From: Candidatus Bathyarchaeota archaeon
GTDB lineage: Archaea > Thermoproteota > Bathyarchaeia > Bathyarchaeales > Bathycorpusculaceae
NCBI GenBank assembly: GCA_963815095.1
Contig: CAWFFH010000003.1
Location: forward strand, 640,001-704,000
DNA: 64,000 nt
Direction of reading: 5' to 3'
Of this stretch, positions 28,584-37,600 are shown in pieces. Numbering within the stretch: the first letter of the stretch is position 1; each line of letters begins with the position of its first letter. Both the position numbers and the translations under genes were made by a program. The notes under the pieces were generated by a model that was not told where the DNA came from, ran no database searches, and saw nothing but the letters and a program-made list of their open reading frames with translations.

Positions 28584-28692
28584 CCGTGATTTATGGTGAT
28601 TTCAGTGGTTGCATCACATATCACAGTATTTCCATGGAGTAATAAGGTTATCGGTGACATGAAATAATGTAATCTATGACATCACACATCAC
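28537..28692. repeat. GTGAY/RTCAC half-site array 1
   Basis: GTGA(T/C/G) at 28537, 28549, 28564, 28575, 28586, 28596, 28654; ATCAC at 28613, 28620, 28681, 28688. Confidence 0.75.
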
Positions 28693-28841
28693 AATAATAC
28701 CCTAATAGCTCTCCGTCAAGACTTTCATTATGAACTAAAGGCTGAGGATTAGCCTTATTTTGCCAATTAATACTTAAAATAGTCATTTCAGAATAACTTA
28801 ATTTAATGTATCAAAACACTGAAAAAATCATGGAAAAATCT

Positions 28842-28873
28842 GTGATTTGTGACGTCACAAAGGCTCTTGTGAT
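28842..28873. repeat. 16-bp perfect palindrome TTTGTGACGTCACAAA with flanking GTGAT
   Basis: 28846-28861 is self-complementary; GTGAT at 28842 and 28869. Confidence 0.75.
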
Positions 28874-29352
28874 GGGCTAGAAAGCCGTTTCAGGCTTGTT
28901 TCAAGCTCATTTCGAATGATTTCAATGACTTTTAGATGGTCTTTTAGTTCCTCTTCCTTTCCCGGTATGTTCTGGTGAGCCTCCACATAATCGTGTAGTT
29001 TATTGGCTATTTCGAGATACGGGTCAAGAGTAGAGCTCTCAAACACACCCAAATACCCCAAAAGTAGGACTGTATAGATCGATTTTATAACGTTTTCTTT
29101 GGACTGTCTTAAGGTCCTATTAAAAGAACCGCGGCTTATTTTAGCCTTTGTTAAGCGTAAAGCAGCCTTTTCATCGTAATTTAGCTGTTTGTCTGATATA
29201 TTTTCGGCCAAAACGTCAATTAACAGTGTTTCAAGCTGTGTTTTTGTTAATTGGCTGTTTTTAGCCAGGACTTGCACAATGGGGTCGTTTAATGCCCCGC
29301 TTAACCATGCTGTAACACCGTCTTTTAACTTCAAATCTTCGTGTTCCTCCAT
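28855..29352 (-). CDS. Conserved origin-adjacent helical protein with HTH-like segment
   Basis: SQLTKTQLETLLID...YDEKAALR...ISRGSFNRTLRQSKENVIKSIYTVLLLGYLG. Confidence 0.82.
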   Translation of the reverse strand: MEEHEDLKLKDGVTAWLSGALNDPIVQVLAKNSQLTKTQLETLLIDVLAENISDKQLNYDEKAALRLTKAKISRGSFNRTLRQSKENVIKSIYTVLLLGYLGVFESSTLDPYLEIANKLHDYVEAHQNIPGKEEELKDHLKVIEIIRNELETSLKRLSSPSQEPL

Positions 29353-29724
29353 AGTCTTAATGGATACAGTTTTGTATACTAATCCATGTTTTTAACCTTT
29401 GCACTAGCCAAAAGCCTCAATTTCTCGTTTGGAAGAAGCTAAAATTGAAGTCGTTTTACGCAAACAAAGCGTTTTACTAACTTTATTGGCTATTCGTGGC
29501 AAGAAAAGCCCATTTAACATAATAAAGGCTAATTTCTTGGCAATTTCTTGTGTTAGCACGCCTCAACTTTACACAAAAAATGCTCTTTTGCAAACCCTCC
29601 TGAAAGTAAAAACTATTCATTTTGGCAATTTTAAAGAAATGTCTCTAACTTTTTCTTGTTTAATATCTTGCTTAAACACAGTTTTACTGCAACAACTCCC
29701 TGTAACAATATCCAAAAAAACCGC

Positions 29725-29832
29725 GTGACATCACCAAATCTGCGTGATTTTACCATAAGTCACTTGATATCACGATGATGTGATACACTTGTGATGTTAA
29801 ACTTCAACGTCCCGTTGTGAGTGTGATATCTC
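29725..29832. repeat. GTGAY/RTCAC half-site array 2
   Basis: GTGACATCAC 29725, GTGAT 29744, GTCAC 29759, TTGATATCAC 29764, GTGAT 29780 and 29791, GTGAG 29817, GTGATATCTC 29823. Confidence 0.75.
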
Positions 29833-30664
29833 AGATTTGCTCTGAAAGGTGCTTTAATTCATCGAAAAGTTCAGGTCGTAAGTCTCTCAAAGTCGGGATA
29901 AATGTCTCAGCTGCTCTTAAATCACCAAAATCCACGTCACAGAAGACAAAATCTTCTTCATCGTACTTTGCTTTGGCTGCAATGTCGCCCGTTGGACAAA
30001 CAAGTCGGCTCCCTCCCCAAAACTGTAGTCCATCTTCAACACCTGCAAGGTTAACGTACGCAAGAAATGCCGTGTTTTCAAGTGCTCGAGCAGAAGTTAG
30101 GATTTCAAAGTAACCTCTCCTTACAGCCGGGGATGCGGAAATACAAACAATCAACTGTGCACCCTTGAGGCGTGTCAGCCTAAATACTTCTGGAAAGAAG
30201 ACATCGTAGCAAATAGATAATCCAATATTGCCTAATTCTGTTTGGAAAGTTGCTGTTTCATACCCTGGGCGAAAATACCTTTTCTCTTCAAAGACGCTGT
30301 GAGTAGGCAGATACATCTTGCGGTATTTACCGATTAAACCTTTGGGACCAATGAAGACAGCTGTGTTAAAGATTGTTGCTTGGGTTTTTTTGCTTAACTC
30401 CGGCATCCCAAAAATAATGTGCATACCCGTCTTCTTTGCTAAAGCCTCAATTTTATGGGTTGAAGGTCCAGGTATCGGCTCCGCAAGCTCGTAAACTTGA
30501 TCTAAGATGACGTAACCCGTTAAAGACATCTCCGGAAAAATAATTAGGTCTGCACCTTGCCCCTTGGCTTTGATAGTTAGTTCTTCTATCTTCTGCAGAT
30601 TCATGCTTTTGTTTTCGCGTTTGCTACTTATTTGGGCAAGAGCGAGTCTAATCTTATCTTTCAT
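29831..30664 (-). CDS. Carbon-nitrogen hydrolase (nitrilase family), probable glutaminase partner of NadE
   Basis: FPEMSLTGY, YRKMYLP, ICYDVFFPE Glu-Lys-Cys triad; co-oriented with nadE. Confidence 0.92.
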   Translation of the reverse strand: MKDKIRLALAQISSKRENKSMNLQKIEELTIKAKGQGADLIIFPEMSLTGYVILDQVYELAEPIPGPSTHKIEALAKKTGMHIIFGMPELSKKTQATIFNTAVFIGPKGLIGKYRKMYLPTHSVFEEKRYFRPGYETATFQTELGNIGLSICYDVFFPEVFRLTRLKGAQLIVCISASPAVRRGYFEILTSARALENTAFLAYVNLAGVEDGLQFWGGSRLVCPTGDIAAKAKYDEEDFVFCDVDFGDLRAAETFIPTLRDLRPELFDELKHLSEQI

Positions 30665-30676
30665 GCAGGTTCCACT

Positions 30677-31519
30677 TTAATATGTGTGTCTTGGAAGCCT
30701 AAAATCGTTTCCAACGGTACGGTACCCAATCTTTGGAGCGATGGGCATTCTTCTTTTATGTTCGTTTGCGAGCCATCTACTCTTTACTTTATCTACTTTA
30801 CTTTTTTCAACGGTGAGTTGCTCCGCGATTTCTTCTGGAGACAAGAACCGTTCGAGTCCATAGAGAATGAGATCCAAGGTTTCAAATTTGATTCCGAGTT
30901 CAGACTCTGCCAGCTGATTAGGCCAAAGTGCTGGCGTTGACGGCTTTAGGACGAGCTCCTTTGGGATTCCTAAATGCAATGCAAGTTTGCGAACCTGCGT
31001 TTTATATAAATCCATTATTGGAGCAATGTCTGCTGCAGCGTCTCCCCATTTGGTGAAGTACCCCATCATTGTTTCGGATTTGTCGGAGCTGCCGCAGACT
31101 ATTCGATTTTGTTTATTGGCGAAGTAGTAAAGGTAAAGCATCCTCGTTCTTGCTTTGATGTTTCCTTTGCAAAGTCTGTTGGATTGGTCAAACACAGGTA
31201 TGGCGCTATAAATGCCATTGAGGGCATCTGACATATCACAGATTTGCGTTTTTATATTAAACTGCTGAGCGACAGTTTTCGCGTCGTCGATGTCTTTTTG
31301 GTTAAAATTCTCATTCTCGGGCAACATTAGACCCAAGACGTTTTCTCCTCCGATTGCGAGGCTTGAAAGCGCCGCTATGGTTCCACTATCGATCCCTCCA
31401 GAGAGCCCAAGCACGATTCCTTTTGCTCCTGCATTTTCAACGTATTCTTTAATGAAACGGCAGATTCTTGTTTGAGCCTCAGAAAAATCGATCTCTAACA
31501 GGTAAGGCGTTAACTTCAT
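30677..31519 (-). CDS. nadE: NAD+ synthetase
   Basis: GLSGGIDS, GNIKARTRM, GYFTKWGD, DLYKTQV, HKR. Confidence 0.96.
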   Translation of the reverse strand: MKLTPYLLEIDFSEAQTRICRFIKEYVENAGAKGIVLGLSGGIDSGTIAALSSLAIGGENVLGLMLPENENFNQKDIDDAKTVAQQFNIKTQICDMSDALNGIYSAIPVFDQSNRLCKGNIKARTRMLYLYYFANKQNRIVCGSSDKSETMMGYFTKWGDAAADIAPIMDLYKTQVRKLALHLGIPKELVLKPSTPALWPNQLAESELGIKFETLDLILYGLERFLSPEEIAEQLTVEKSKVDKVKSRWLANEHKRRMPIAPKIGYRTVGNDFRLPRHTY

Positions 31520-31617
31520 TTGCTATGGCAGCCTCATTATTGATGGTTAGTAGGCAAGTATTTAAGGACAAGCATAAATATTATGAACATTACCAGACGA
31601 ATGTAGAAGGTTATTGT

Positions 31618-31881
31618 ATGGGGCGAAGAAGGAAAAAAGTTGTTCATATACCAAAGAAACGTTTACCAAAGTTCTTCTCTTGCCCTATATGCGGAAAAGA
31701 AACTGTACGTGTAGAAATCGTCCGAGAAGACGGTGGTCACTCTGTTGCTCAATGTAGCAGCTGTGGTCTTAAGGAAGAATTTCCAGTTAAATCCGCTCAA
31801 GGCGAAGTTGACGTTTACTGCATGTTAACCGACCGAGTTTACGGCACTCAAAAAAGAACTCCAGTAATAAAAAAAGAGTAA
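31618..31881 (+). CDS. elf1: Transcription elongation factor Elf1
   Basis: Start re-assigned to ATG 31618: MGRRRKK...FSCPICG...CSSCG...VDVYC..D. Confidence 0.9.
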   Translation: MGRRRKKVVHIPKKRLPKFFSCPICGKETVRVEIVREDGGHSVAQCSSCGLKEEFPVKSAQGEVDVYCMLTDRVYGTQKRTPVIKKE

Positions 31882-31897
31882 CTGAAGGACCACTTGT

Positions 31898-32644
31898 ATG
31901 CTAGGACCTATTGAAAGGTACTTGCTTGAAAAAATAAAAAAAGACGGCTCAATTCACATAACCCTTATAGATCCAGAAAAAGTGACAGCCGCAAACGCTT
32001 CAAGCATCGCTGAAAGTTCCAAAAACAGTGGAACCGCCGCCATCATGATTGGAGGCTCAACATTTGTTTCTGAGAACCATCTTGATGCTGTAGTGAAAGC
32101 CATTAAATCCAAAGTAGATATTCCCACTATTCTTTTTCCAAATAACGTAACTGGAATAAGCAGCCACGCAGACGCGATATGGTTTATGTCACTGCTAAAC
32201 TCAGTCGACCCCTACTTTCTCATAGGCGCCCAAATCTTGGGAGCTCCCCTCGTTAAAAAGTACGGTTTGGAACCGATCGCGATGGGCTACATTATTGTTG
32301 GCGACGGAGGTACAGCAGGCATAGTGGGAAAAGCAATCTCGGTACCTTACAACAAGCCTGAACTTGCAGCAGCTCACGCTCTTGCAGGCCAATACCTTGG
32401 AATGCGTTTTATCTATCTTGAGGGCGGTTCTGGAGCGGCAAATCCCGTGCCTCCTGAAATGATTCGCGCCGTTAAGCATTTGATTGACATTCCACTCATC
32501 GTTGGAGGGGGCATTAAAACTAGAGAGCAGGCGTTCACCGCAGCTTCAGCTGGTGCAGATATAATTGTTACAGGAAACGTCACTGAATCAAGTGATGCCA
32601 ACAAAAGAATCTCTGAAATCATAGCCGCCATAAGAAAACATTAA
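31898..32644 (+). CDS. Geranylgeranylglyceryl phosphate synthase
   Basis: HITLIDP, IMIGGST, FMSLLNS, YLEGGSGA, VGGGI, IVTG. Confidence 0.95.
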   Translation: MLGPIERYLLEKIKKDGSIHITLIDPEKVTAANASSIAESSKNSGTAAIMIGGSTFVSENHLDAVVKAIKSKVDIPTILFPNNVTGISSHADAIWFMSLLNSVDPYFLIGAQILGAPLVKKYGLEPIAMGYIIVGDGGTAGIVGKAISVPYNKPELAAAHALAGQYLGMRFIYLEGGSGAANPVPPEMIRAVKHLIDIPLIVGGGIKTREQAFTAASAGADIIVTGNVTESSDANKRISEIIAAIRKH

Positions 32645-32742
32645 AACAAATATTCTCACTTTTAGTTGTTGGAAATATTTTCTTTAGCTTTTAGAAAGCC
32701 AAAATAACCCATCACTATATATCTTGCAGGAGAGCTGTCAAC

Positions 32743-35700
32743 TTGAACATCAGCAAGGGTTATAAAAACTACGTTGAAACTATGGAAAATGAGCTTAAAC
32801 GCTTGTATGCCATTAGTGATAACGCCCGATCCAAAGGTTTGGATCCAGCCCTAAAAACAGAATGTATTATAGCACAAGACATCGCTGATTTGGTGGAAGG
32901 GTTGGTTGGACCCAAGGGCGTTGCGCTGAGTATCCGGGATTGGAGCACCAAGATGCCCCGGGAAGAAATAGCCTTCAAAGTAGCTGAAGAAATTACTGTT
33001 GGCAAATTTGGTCAAATGGATCCTGAAAGAGCAGCGGAACAGGCGATTCGGACGGCTCTTGCAATTTTTACTGAAGGCTTAACAGCAGCGCCTATTCAAG
33101 GCATCGCGCAAGTTAAAATCAAGACAAATGCTGACAGAACTCGCTATTTGGCAATTTACTTTGCTGGACCGATCCGTTCAGCAGGCGGAACAGACCAAGC
33201 CTTGACTTTAGTCGTGGGGGACTATGTCCGTCTACAGCTGAACTTAGACAAGTATAAACCAACTGAAGACGAAGTCTCCCGCTTCGTCGAAGAACTAAGA
33301 CTCTATGAACGTTCCGTGGGTCGTTTCCAATATCACATACCCGATGAAGAACTCAGAAAAGCCCTAAATCTAATTCCCGTTGAATGCACTGGAACAGAAT
33401 CAGATCCAGTCGAGGTTTCATCCTACCGTAACTTAGAAAGGGTCGAAACTAACCGCGTTAGAGGCGGGGCGCTGAGAGTCGTAAACGATGGAATCGTTGG
33501 ACGCGCACAGAAAGTCTATGTGATAATTGATAAGCTGGGTTTTCAAGGTTGGGAATGGCTCAAAAATTTCAAAAAGAAATCTGAGAAGAAATCGGGCGGT
33601 TTCATGGATGATGTGATTGCAGGGCGACCGATTTTCGCTTTTCCTTCTAGACGCGGTGGATTTCGTCTTAGGTATGGTAGGTCCAGAAACACAGGGCTCT
33701 CAGCTGTAGGTATTCATCCTGCCACGATGCTTGTGGTTGAAAGTTTCCTTGCTGCTGGTACCCAGATGCGTTTGGAGTTGCCCGGGAAAGGCGGTGTTAC
33801 GATGCCTGTGGATAGCATTGAGCAACCTGTGGTATTGCTAAATGATAACTCGGTTGTTCGCGTGTCGCTTGAAAACTATGCTGAGGTTAAGGGTAAAGTC
33901 CAAAAAATCCTGTTTTTGGGTGATATGCTTATAGATTTTGGCGATTTCCTCTATTGCAACAAGGCACTTCCCCCATCTGGGTACGTAGAGGAATGGTGGG
34001 CAAAAGACTTGCAAAACGCTATTCAGGGAAAGTACGGTTCTGACTATCAGAAGGCGGCTCAAGCAGCAAATCTCCTCTTAGATAAGATAGAGAGTTTTGT
34101 GTTGGATCCATTTGCAAACAAGCCAACAGTCAAAGAATCCGTAGCATTGAGTTCAATTTTAGGCATACCTCTTGCTCCCAATTGTACATTATTTTGGGGC
34201 AATCTCTCAAACGTGCAAGAGCTCGAGTTGCTGAGAGAGTGGTTAACAACTTGTGAAGTAACAATAGAAGCCGGTTTTGCGATCAAGATTGTGGGTAAAG
34301 CTAGCGATGCCGCGCTAAGTTCTCTCAGGAAAATATTCGTTCAACACAAAATCGTAGACGGCAAAATCATGCTTGTGAGTGAAGAAGCTGCTGCTTTCGC
34401 GTTCTGTCTTGGTTACGGTAAAACAAAGATTGTTGAAGCAAGTTCTACTCTGGAAATGCTGAGTCTGCTATCAGATGTGCAAGTCAAAGATAAAGCTCCA
34501 ACTTATGTAGGAGGGCGTATGGGTAGACCCGAAAAAGCCAAACACCGCGAAATGAAACCCCTTGTCCATGTGCTTTTTCCAGTCGGTTTGAAAGGAGGTT
34601 CACATCGTGACCTTATGGAGGCGTCACGGCAAGGGCCAGTTTTTGTAGAGTTGGCTAAACGTAAATGCCCCAGCTGTAAAAGCTACACTATTAAAGTAAA
34701 ATGTCCCACCTGCGAATGCGAAACCATTTCTGAGAAGATTTGTCCAAGATGTGGCAGAACGGTGAAAGATGCCGGTTGCCCAACCTGCAAGACAGATGGG
34801 GTTATGTATCAGCGTCAACCCATTAACTTCAAAGAATTAATCGACAACGCTAGCACCAACCTTGGGTATCCGGTGCCTAAAATGTTGCGGGGTGTTAAGG
34901 GTCTAACAAACCTCGACAAGACTCCCGAAAACATAGAAAAGGGTATCTTGCGAGCAAAGCATGGTCTATCTGTCTACAAAGATGGCACCATACGGTTTGA
35001 CGCCACAAATGCCCCATTAACACATATCACGCCAGCTGAAGTGGGAGTCTCCATCGAAAAGATGTATCAAATGGGCTATCTCTCAGATACTCATGGATTG
35101 CCTCTAACAAACCCCAACCAAGTTTGCGAACTAAAAATCCAAGACGTCGTAATTCCATGGCGTGCTGCGGAATACTTTATCCAAATTGCCGCCTTCATCG
35201 ACGACCTCTTAGTACGGGTCTACAAGCAACCTGCATACTATAATGTCAAGAAAGCAGAGGATATGGTTGGTCACTTGCTTTTCGGGTTGGCTCCTCATAC
35301 GTGTGCATGCATTTTGGGAAGAGTTGTTGGTTTTACTGACCGCAACGTGATTTATGCCCATCCCATTTGGCATTCGGCAAAGCGTCGGGATTGCGACGGC
35401 GACGAAGACGCCATCATGTTGGGGTTGGATACACTCCTTAATTTTTCAAGAGTATTTTTGCCTGCGCAAATAGGCGGGATCATGGATGCACCCATTCTGC
35501 TGATTCCCTTCGTAAATACTAAAGAGGTACAAAGGCAAGCCCACGACTTTGACGTCAGCGCCACCTATCCGATCGAGTTTTATAATAAAACTTTAGAGAA
35601 ATATGATCCTAGACCCGCCAGCGCCATGATGGATGTAATCAGCCACAGATTGGGCACGGAAGCCCAGTTTGAAGGCTTCCAATATACCACCCCCTGCACA

Positions 35701-36144
35701 AGTATCAATCTTGGCAACGCCAACAGCTCCTACAAGGAATTCAAATCTATGATAGATAAGCTGCATATGCAATTAGAGTTGGGTGAAAAGATTGATGCCG
35801 TCGATGCTAGACGTGTAGCGCTGAAAGTTTTGAATACACATTTTATGCGTGACATTGCCGGTAACTTGCGTGCCTTCTCAACGCAGGGGTTCCGCTGCAA
35901 GTCATGCAACAAAAAGTTTCGCCGATTGCCCCTCAAAGGAAAATGCCCGTCCTGCGATGGAAAACTAACACTTACTGTTTACCGTGGCGGCATTGAAAAG
36001 TACCTTGTTGCAGCGCAGGAACTAGTCGATAAATATGGTTTGCCAAAATACTATACACAGCGCATGGACTTAATCAAAGAAGAGATAGCTACGATGTTCG
36101 ATAATAAAAAGCCAAAACAAGCCAAGCTTTTCGATTTTAATTAG
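32743..36144 (+). CDS. polC: DNA polymerase D large subunit DP2 (no intein)
   Basis: YFAGPIRSAGGT, GFRLRYGRSRNTG, GRMGRPEK, KDGTIRFD, HSAKRRDCDGDED, C-terminal zinc fingers. Confidence 0.98.
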   Translation: MNISKGYKNYVETMENELKRLYAISDNARSKGLDPALKTECIIAQDIADLVEGLVGPKGVALSIRDWSTKMPREEIAFKVAEEITVGKFGQMDPERAAEQAIRTALAIFTEGLTAAPIQGIAQVKIKTNADRTRYLAIYFAGPIRSAGGTDQALTLVVGDYVRLQLNLDKYKPTEDEVSRFVEELRLYERSVGRFQYHIPDEELRKALNLIPVECTGTESDPVEVSSYRNLERVETNRVRGGALRVVNDGIVGRAQKVYVIIDKLGFQGWEWLKNFKKKSEKKSGGFMDDVIAGRPIFAFPSRRGGFRLRYGRSRNTGLSAVGIHPATMLVVESFLAAGTQMRLELPGKGGVTMPVDSIEQPVVLLNDNSVVRVSLENYAEVKGKVQKILFLGDMLIDFGDFLYCNKALPPSGYVEEWWAKDLQNAIQGKYGSDYQKAAQAANLLLDKIESFVLDPFANKPTVKESVALSSILGIPLAPNCTLFWGNLSNVQELELLREWLTTCEVTIEAGFAIKIVGKASDAALSSLRKIFVQHKIVDGKIMLVSEEAAAFAFCLGYGKTKIVEASSTLEMLSLLSDVQVKDKAPTYVGGRMGRPEKAKHREMKPLVHVLFPVGLKGGSHRDLMEASRQGPVFVELAKRKCPSCKSYTIKVKCPTCECETISEKICPRCGRTVKDAGCPTCKTDGVMYQRQPINFKELIDNASTNLGYPVPKMLRGVKGLTNLDKTPENIEKGILRAKHGLSVYKDGTIRFDATNAPLTHITPAEVGVSIEKMYQMGYLSDTHGLPLTNPNQVCELKIQDVVIPWRAAEYFIQIAAFIDDLLVRVYKQPAYYNVKKAEDMVGHLLFGLAPHTCACILGRVVGFTDRNVIYAHPIWHSAKRRDCDGDEDAIMLGLDTLLNFSRVFLPAQIGGIMDAPILLIPFVNTKEVQRQAHDFDVSATYPIEFYNKTLEKYDPRPASAMMDVISHRLGTEAQFEGFQYTTPCTSINLGNANSSYKEFKSMIDKLHMQLELGEKIDAVDARRVALKVLNTHFMRDIAGNLRAFSTQGFRCKSCNKKFRRLPLKGKCPSCDGKLTLTVYRGGIEKYLVAAQELVDKYGLPKYYTQRMDLIKEEIATMFDNKKPKQAKLFDFN

Positions 36145-36182
36145 ACTAAAGCTTTTCAAGGTAAACCTCATTTTATCTATCG

Positions 36183-36455
36183 GTGGAAGAGAGCATAAAA
36201 CAAACTATGCATCCTAATGCTTACTTAAAAAACATCAGAAACGTAAAAAGCGGTCTTATGGCTCGAACAAAAATCTTAACTTTACTTGAAAAACAGGCTT
36301 TTAACGCTTCCAAGATTGCTATGGAATCCTCAATGTCTTATGGTGTTGTGATGTATCATCTTAAGTTGCTGAAAAACGAGGGCACAATAGAGAGTAGAGG
36401 AATTAGGCGGTATATTTGGTTAGCGACAGGTTTAGGGCAGAAACGCCTCAGCTAG
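36183..36455 (+). CDS. ArsR-like winged-helix protein
   Basis: RTKILTLL...SYGVVMYHLKLLKNEG...W..TG.GQ. Confidence 0.82.
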   Translation: MEESIKQTMHPNAYLKNIRNVKSGLMARTKILTLLEKQAFNASKIAMESSMSYGVVMYHLKLLKNEGTIESRGIRRYIWLATGLGQKRLS

Positions 36456-36739
36456 AAAGTGCATTGACATGGTGAGCTTTGACATTTCGGGCATTTGTGG
36501 TTGTACTTGTTAAGGGCAGCTTTTTCAAGATCGATTCCCTTAATGTTGGCAAGGGAAGCAAGCCAAGCAATAACGTCAGCAAATTCCTTTTCAGTTGCTT
36601 CTCTATCATTTCCCTTTAACTCTTCCCCAAGCTCGGCGATTTCATCGACAAGCCAATTGAAAGTTCCATTCACTCCACGCTCGGAATCTCTTTCGAAGTA
36701 TAGATGCTTCATCATTTCTTGGAATTCATGGATTTGCAT
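36452..36739 (-). CDS. MazG-like nucleotide pyrophosphohydrolase
   Basis: FQEMM..Y.ERD, WLVDEIAEL, EFADVIAWL, KY..KCPKCQSSPC.C. Confidence 0.9.
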   Translation of the reverse strand: MQIHEFQEMMKHLYFERDSERGVNGTFNWLVDEIAELGEELKGNDREATEKEFADVIAWLASLANIKGIDLEKAALNKYNHKCPKCQSSPCQCTF

Positions 36740-36891
36740 AAGTTTTTTCCTGCTTAGGTTTGTTGCTTGCGTACTTTAAACTTGATGTTACTTTGAAAAT
36801 TTCAGGTTTATATGTTTAGGATTTGGCACAAGATTAATTAGTCCAAGAGAAATATTAGGCATGTATCACCTTAACTCGGTAGGAATATCTG

Positions 36892-37062
36892 ATGAGTGGA
36901 AGAAGGAAAAAGAAAGATACAGGACCAATGCCTGCTGCAAGTGCAGGTTTGCTGAGGTTCTTTGAAGAAGAGACCGAAGGAGTCAAAATCAGACCTGAAC
37001 TACTCGTAGTTTTTGCTGTTTCACTAATAGTTATATCTGTTTTGGCAAAAGTATTCTTCTAA
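36892..37062 (+). CDS. secG: Preprotein translocase subunit Sec61beta (not in ORF track)
   Basis: MSGRRKKKDTGPMPAASAGLLRFFEEETEGVKIRPELLVVFAVSLIVISVLAKVFF; AGL.RFFEE..G.KI.P signature plus C-terminal TM. Confidence 0.93.
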   Translation: MSGRRKKKDTGPMPAASAGLLRFFEEETEGVKIRPELLVVFAVSLIVISVLAKVFF

Positions 37063-37076
37063 AAAAAATCTTTTCT

Positions 37077-37367
37077 TTAGCGTCTTGGCGTCGTAGCGTG
37101 CAAGACTTCTATTCTTTGAACCGAGTTTAAGTGCAGAAATAATTCGCTTCTTTCTTCTCGGCTTGCAACTTGTGGAATAGGTTGCGCAATAGTTGATCTT
37201 AATACAATTGCTTCAGCGTCGGAGAGCCAAATTCCTGACGGTTCATGAGTCACCGCGGTTAAGGTGCCTTCAAAGCCGTAAGAAGGGTCTAAGATTATTC
37301 TGATTTTTTTGCCCACGTTTCTCTCGAGCATATGAAAAATTGACGGGGGCAAGTCTTGATCTGGCAT
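37077..37367 (-). CDS. Divergent Sm/LSm-fold-like protein
   Basis: LERNVGKKIRIIL...FEGTLTAV...IWLSDAE...ELFLHLNSVQRIE follows the Sm1/Sm2 pattern. Confidence 0.6.
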   Translation of the reverse strand: MPDQDLPPSIFHMLERNVGKKIRIILDPSYGFEGTLTAVTHEPSGIWLSDAEAIVLRSTIAQPIPQVASREERSELFLHLNSVQRIEVLHATTPRR

Positions 37368-37600
37368 AAGCTTCGCAAATTAATATGATTGTGGCTCTGA
37401 AGATAAAACAGTTCCCTTGCAGTTGCATGTTGTTTTCTAAGTTATAATCTAAAAAGGTCTAAGTATCCTCTTTGTCCTTAACCTTCTTTATGCAAAAAAC
37501 AGCATTTGACATTTTTATGTTAAACAAATAAATGTCTTTTGTGTTCACTGCAGTACCCTCAAGTTAGCTAAATTTTAATAGGGCTAACTAATCTCATAGT

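Noticed and set aside
29429-29728. 99-aa plus-strand ORF
   Set aside because: TTG start, no recognisable motif, composition like AT-rich spacer DNA; likely spurious, though not excluded
28537-29832. CRISPR array
   Set aside because: Repeats are 5-10 bp with irregular spacing, not 24-47-bp repeats with unique spacers; no cas genes
32743-36144. Intein in DP2 (and in Cdc6)
   Set aside because: Lengths are normal and the catalytic motif HSAKRRDCDGDED is uninterrupted
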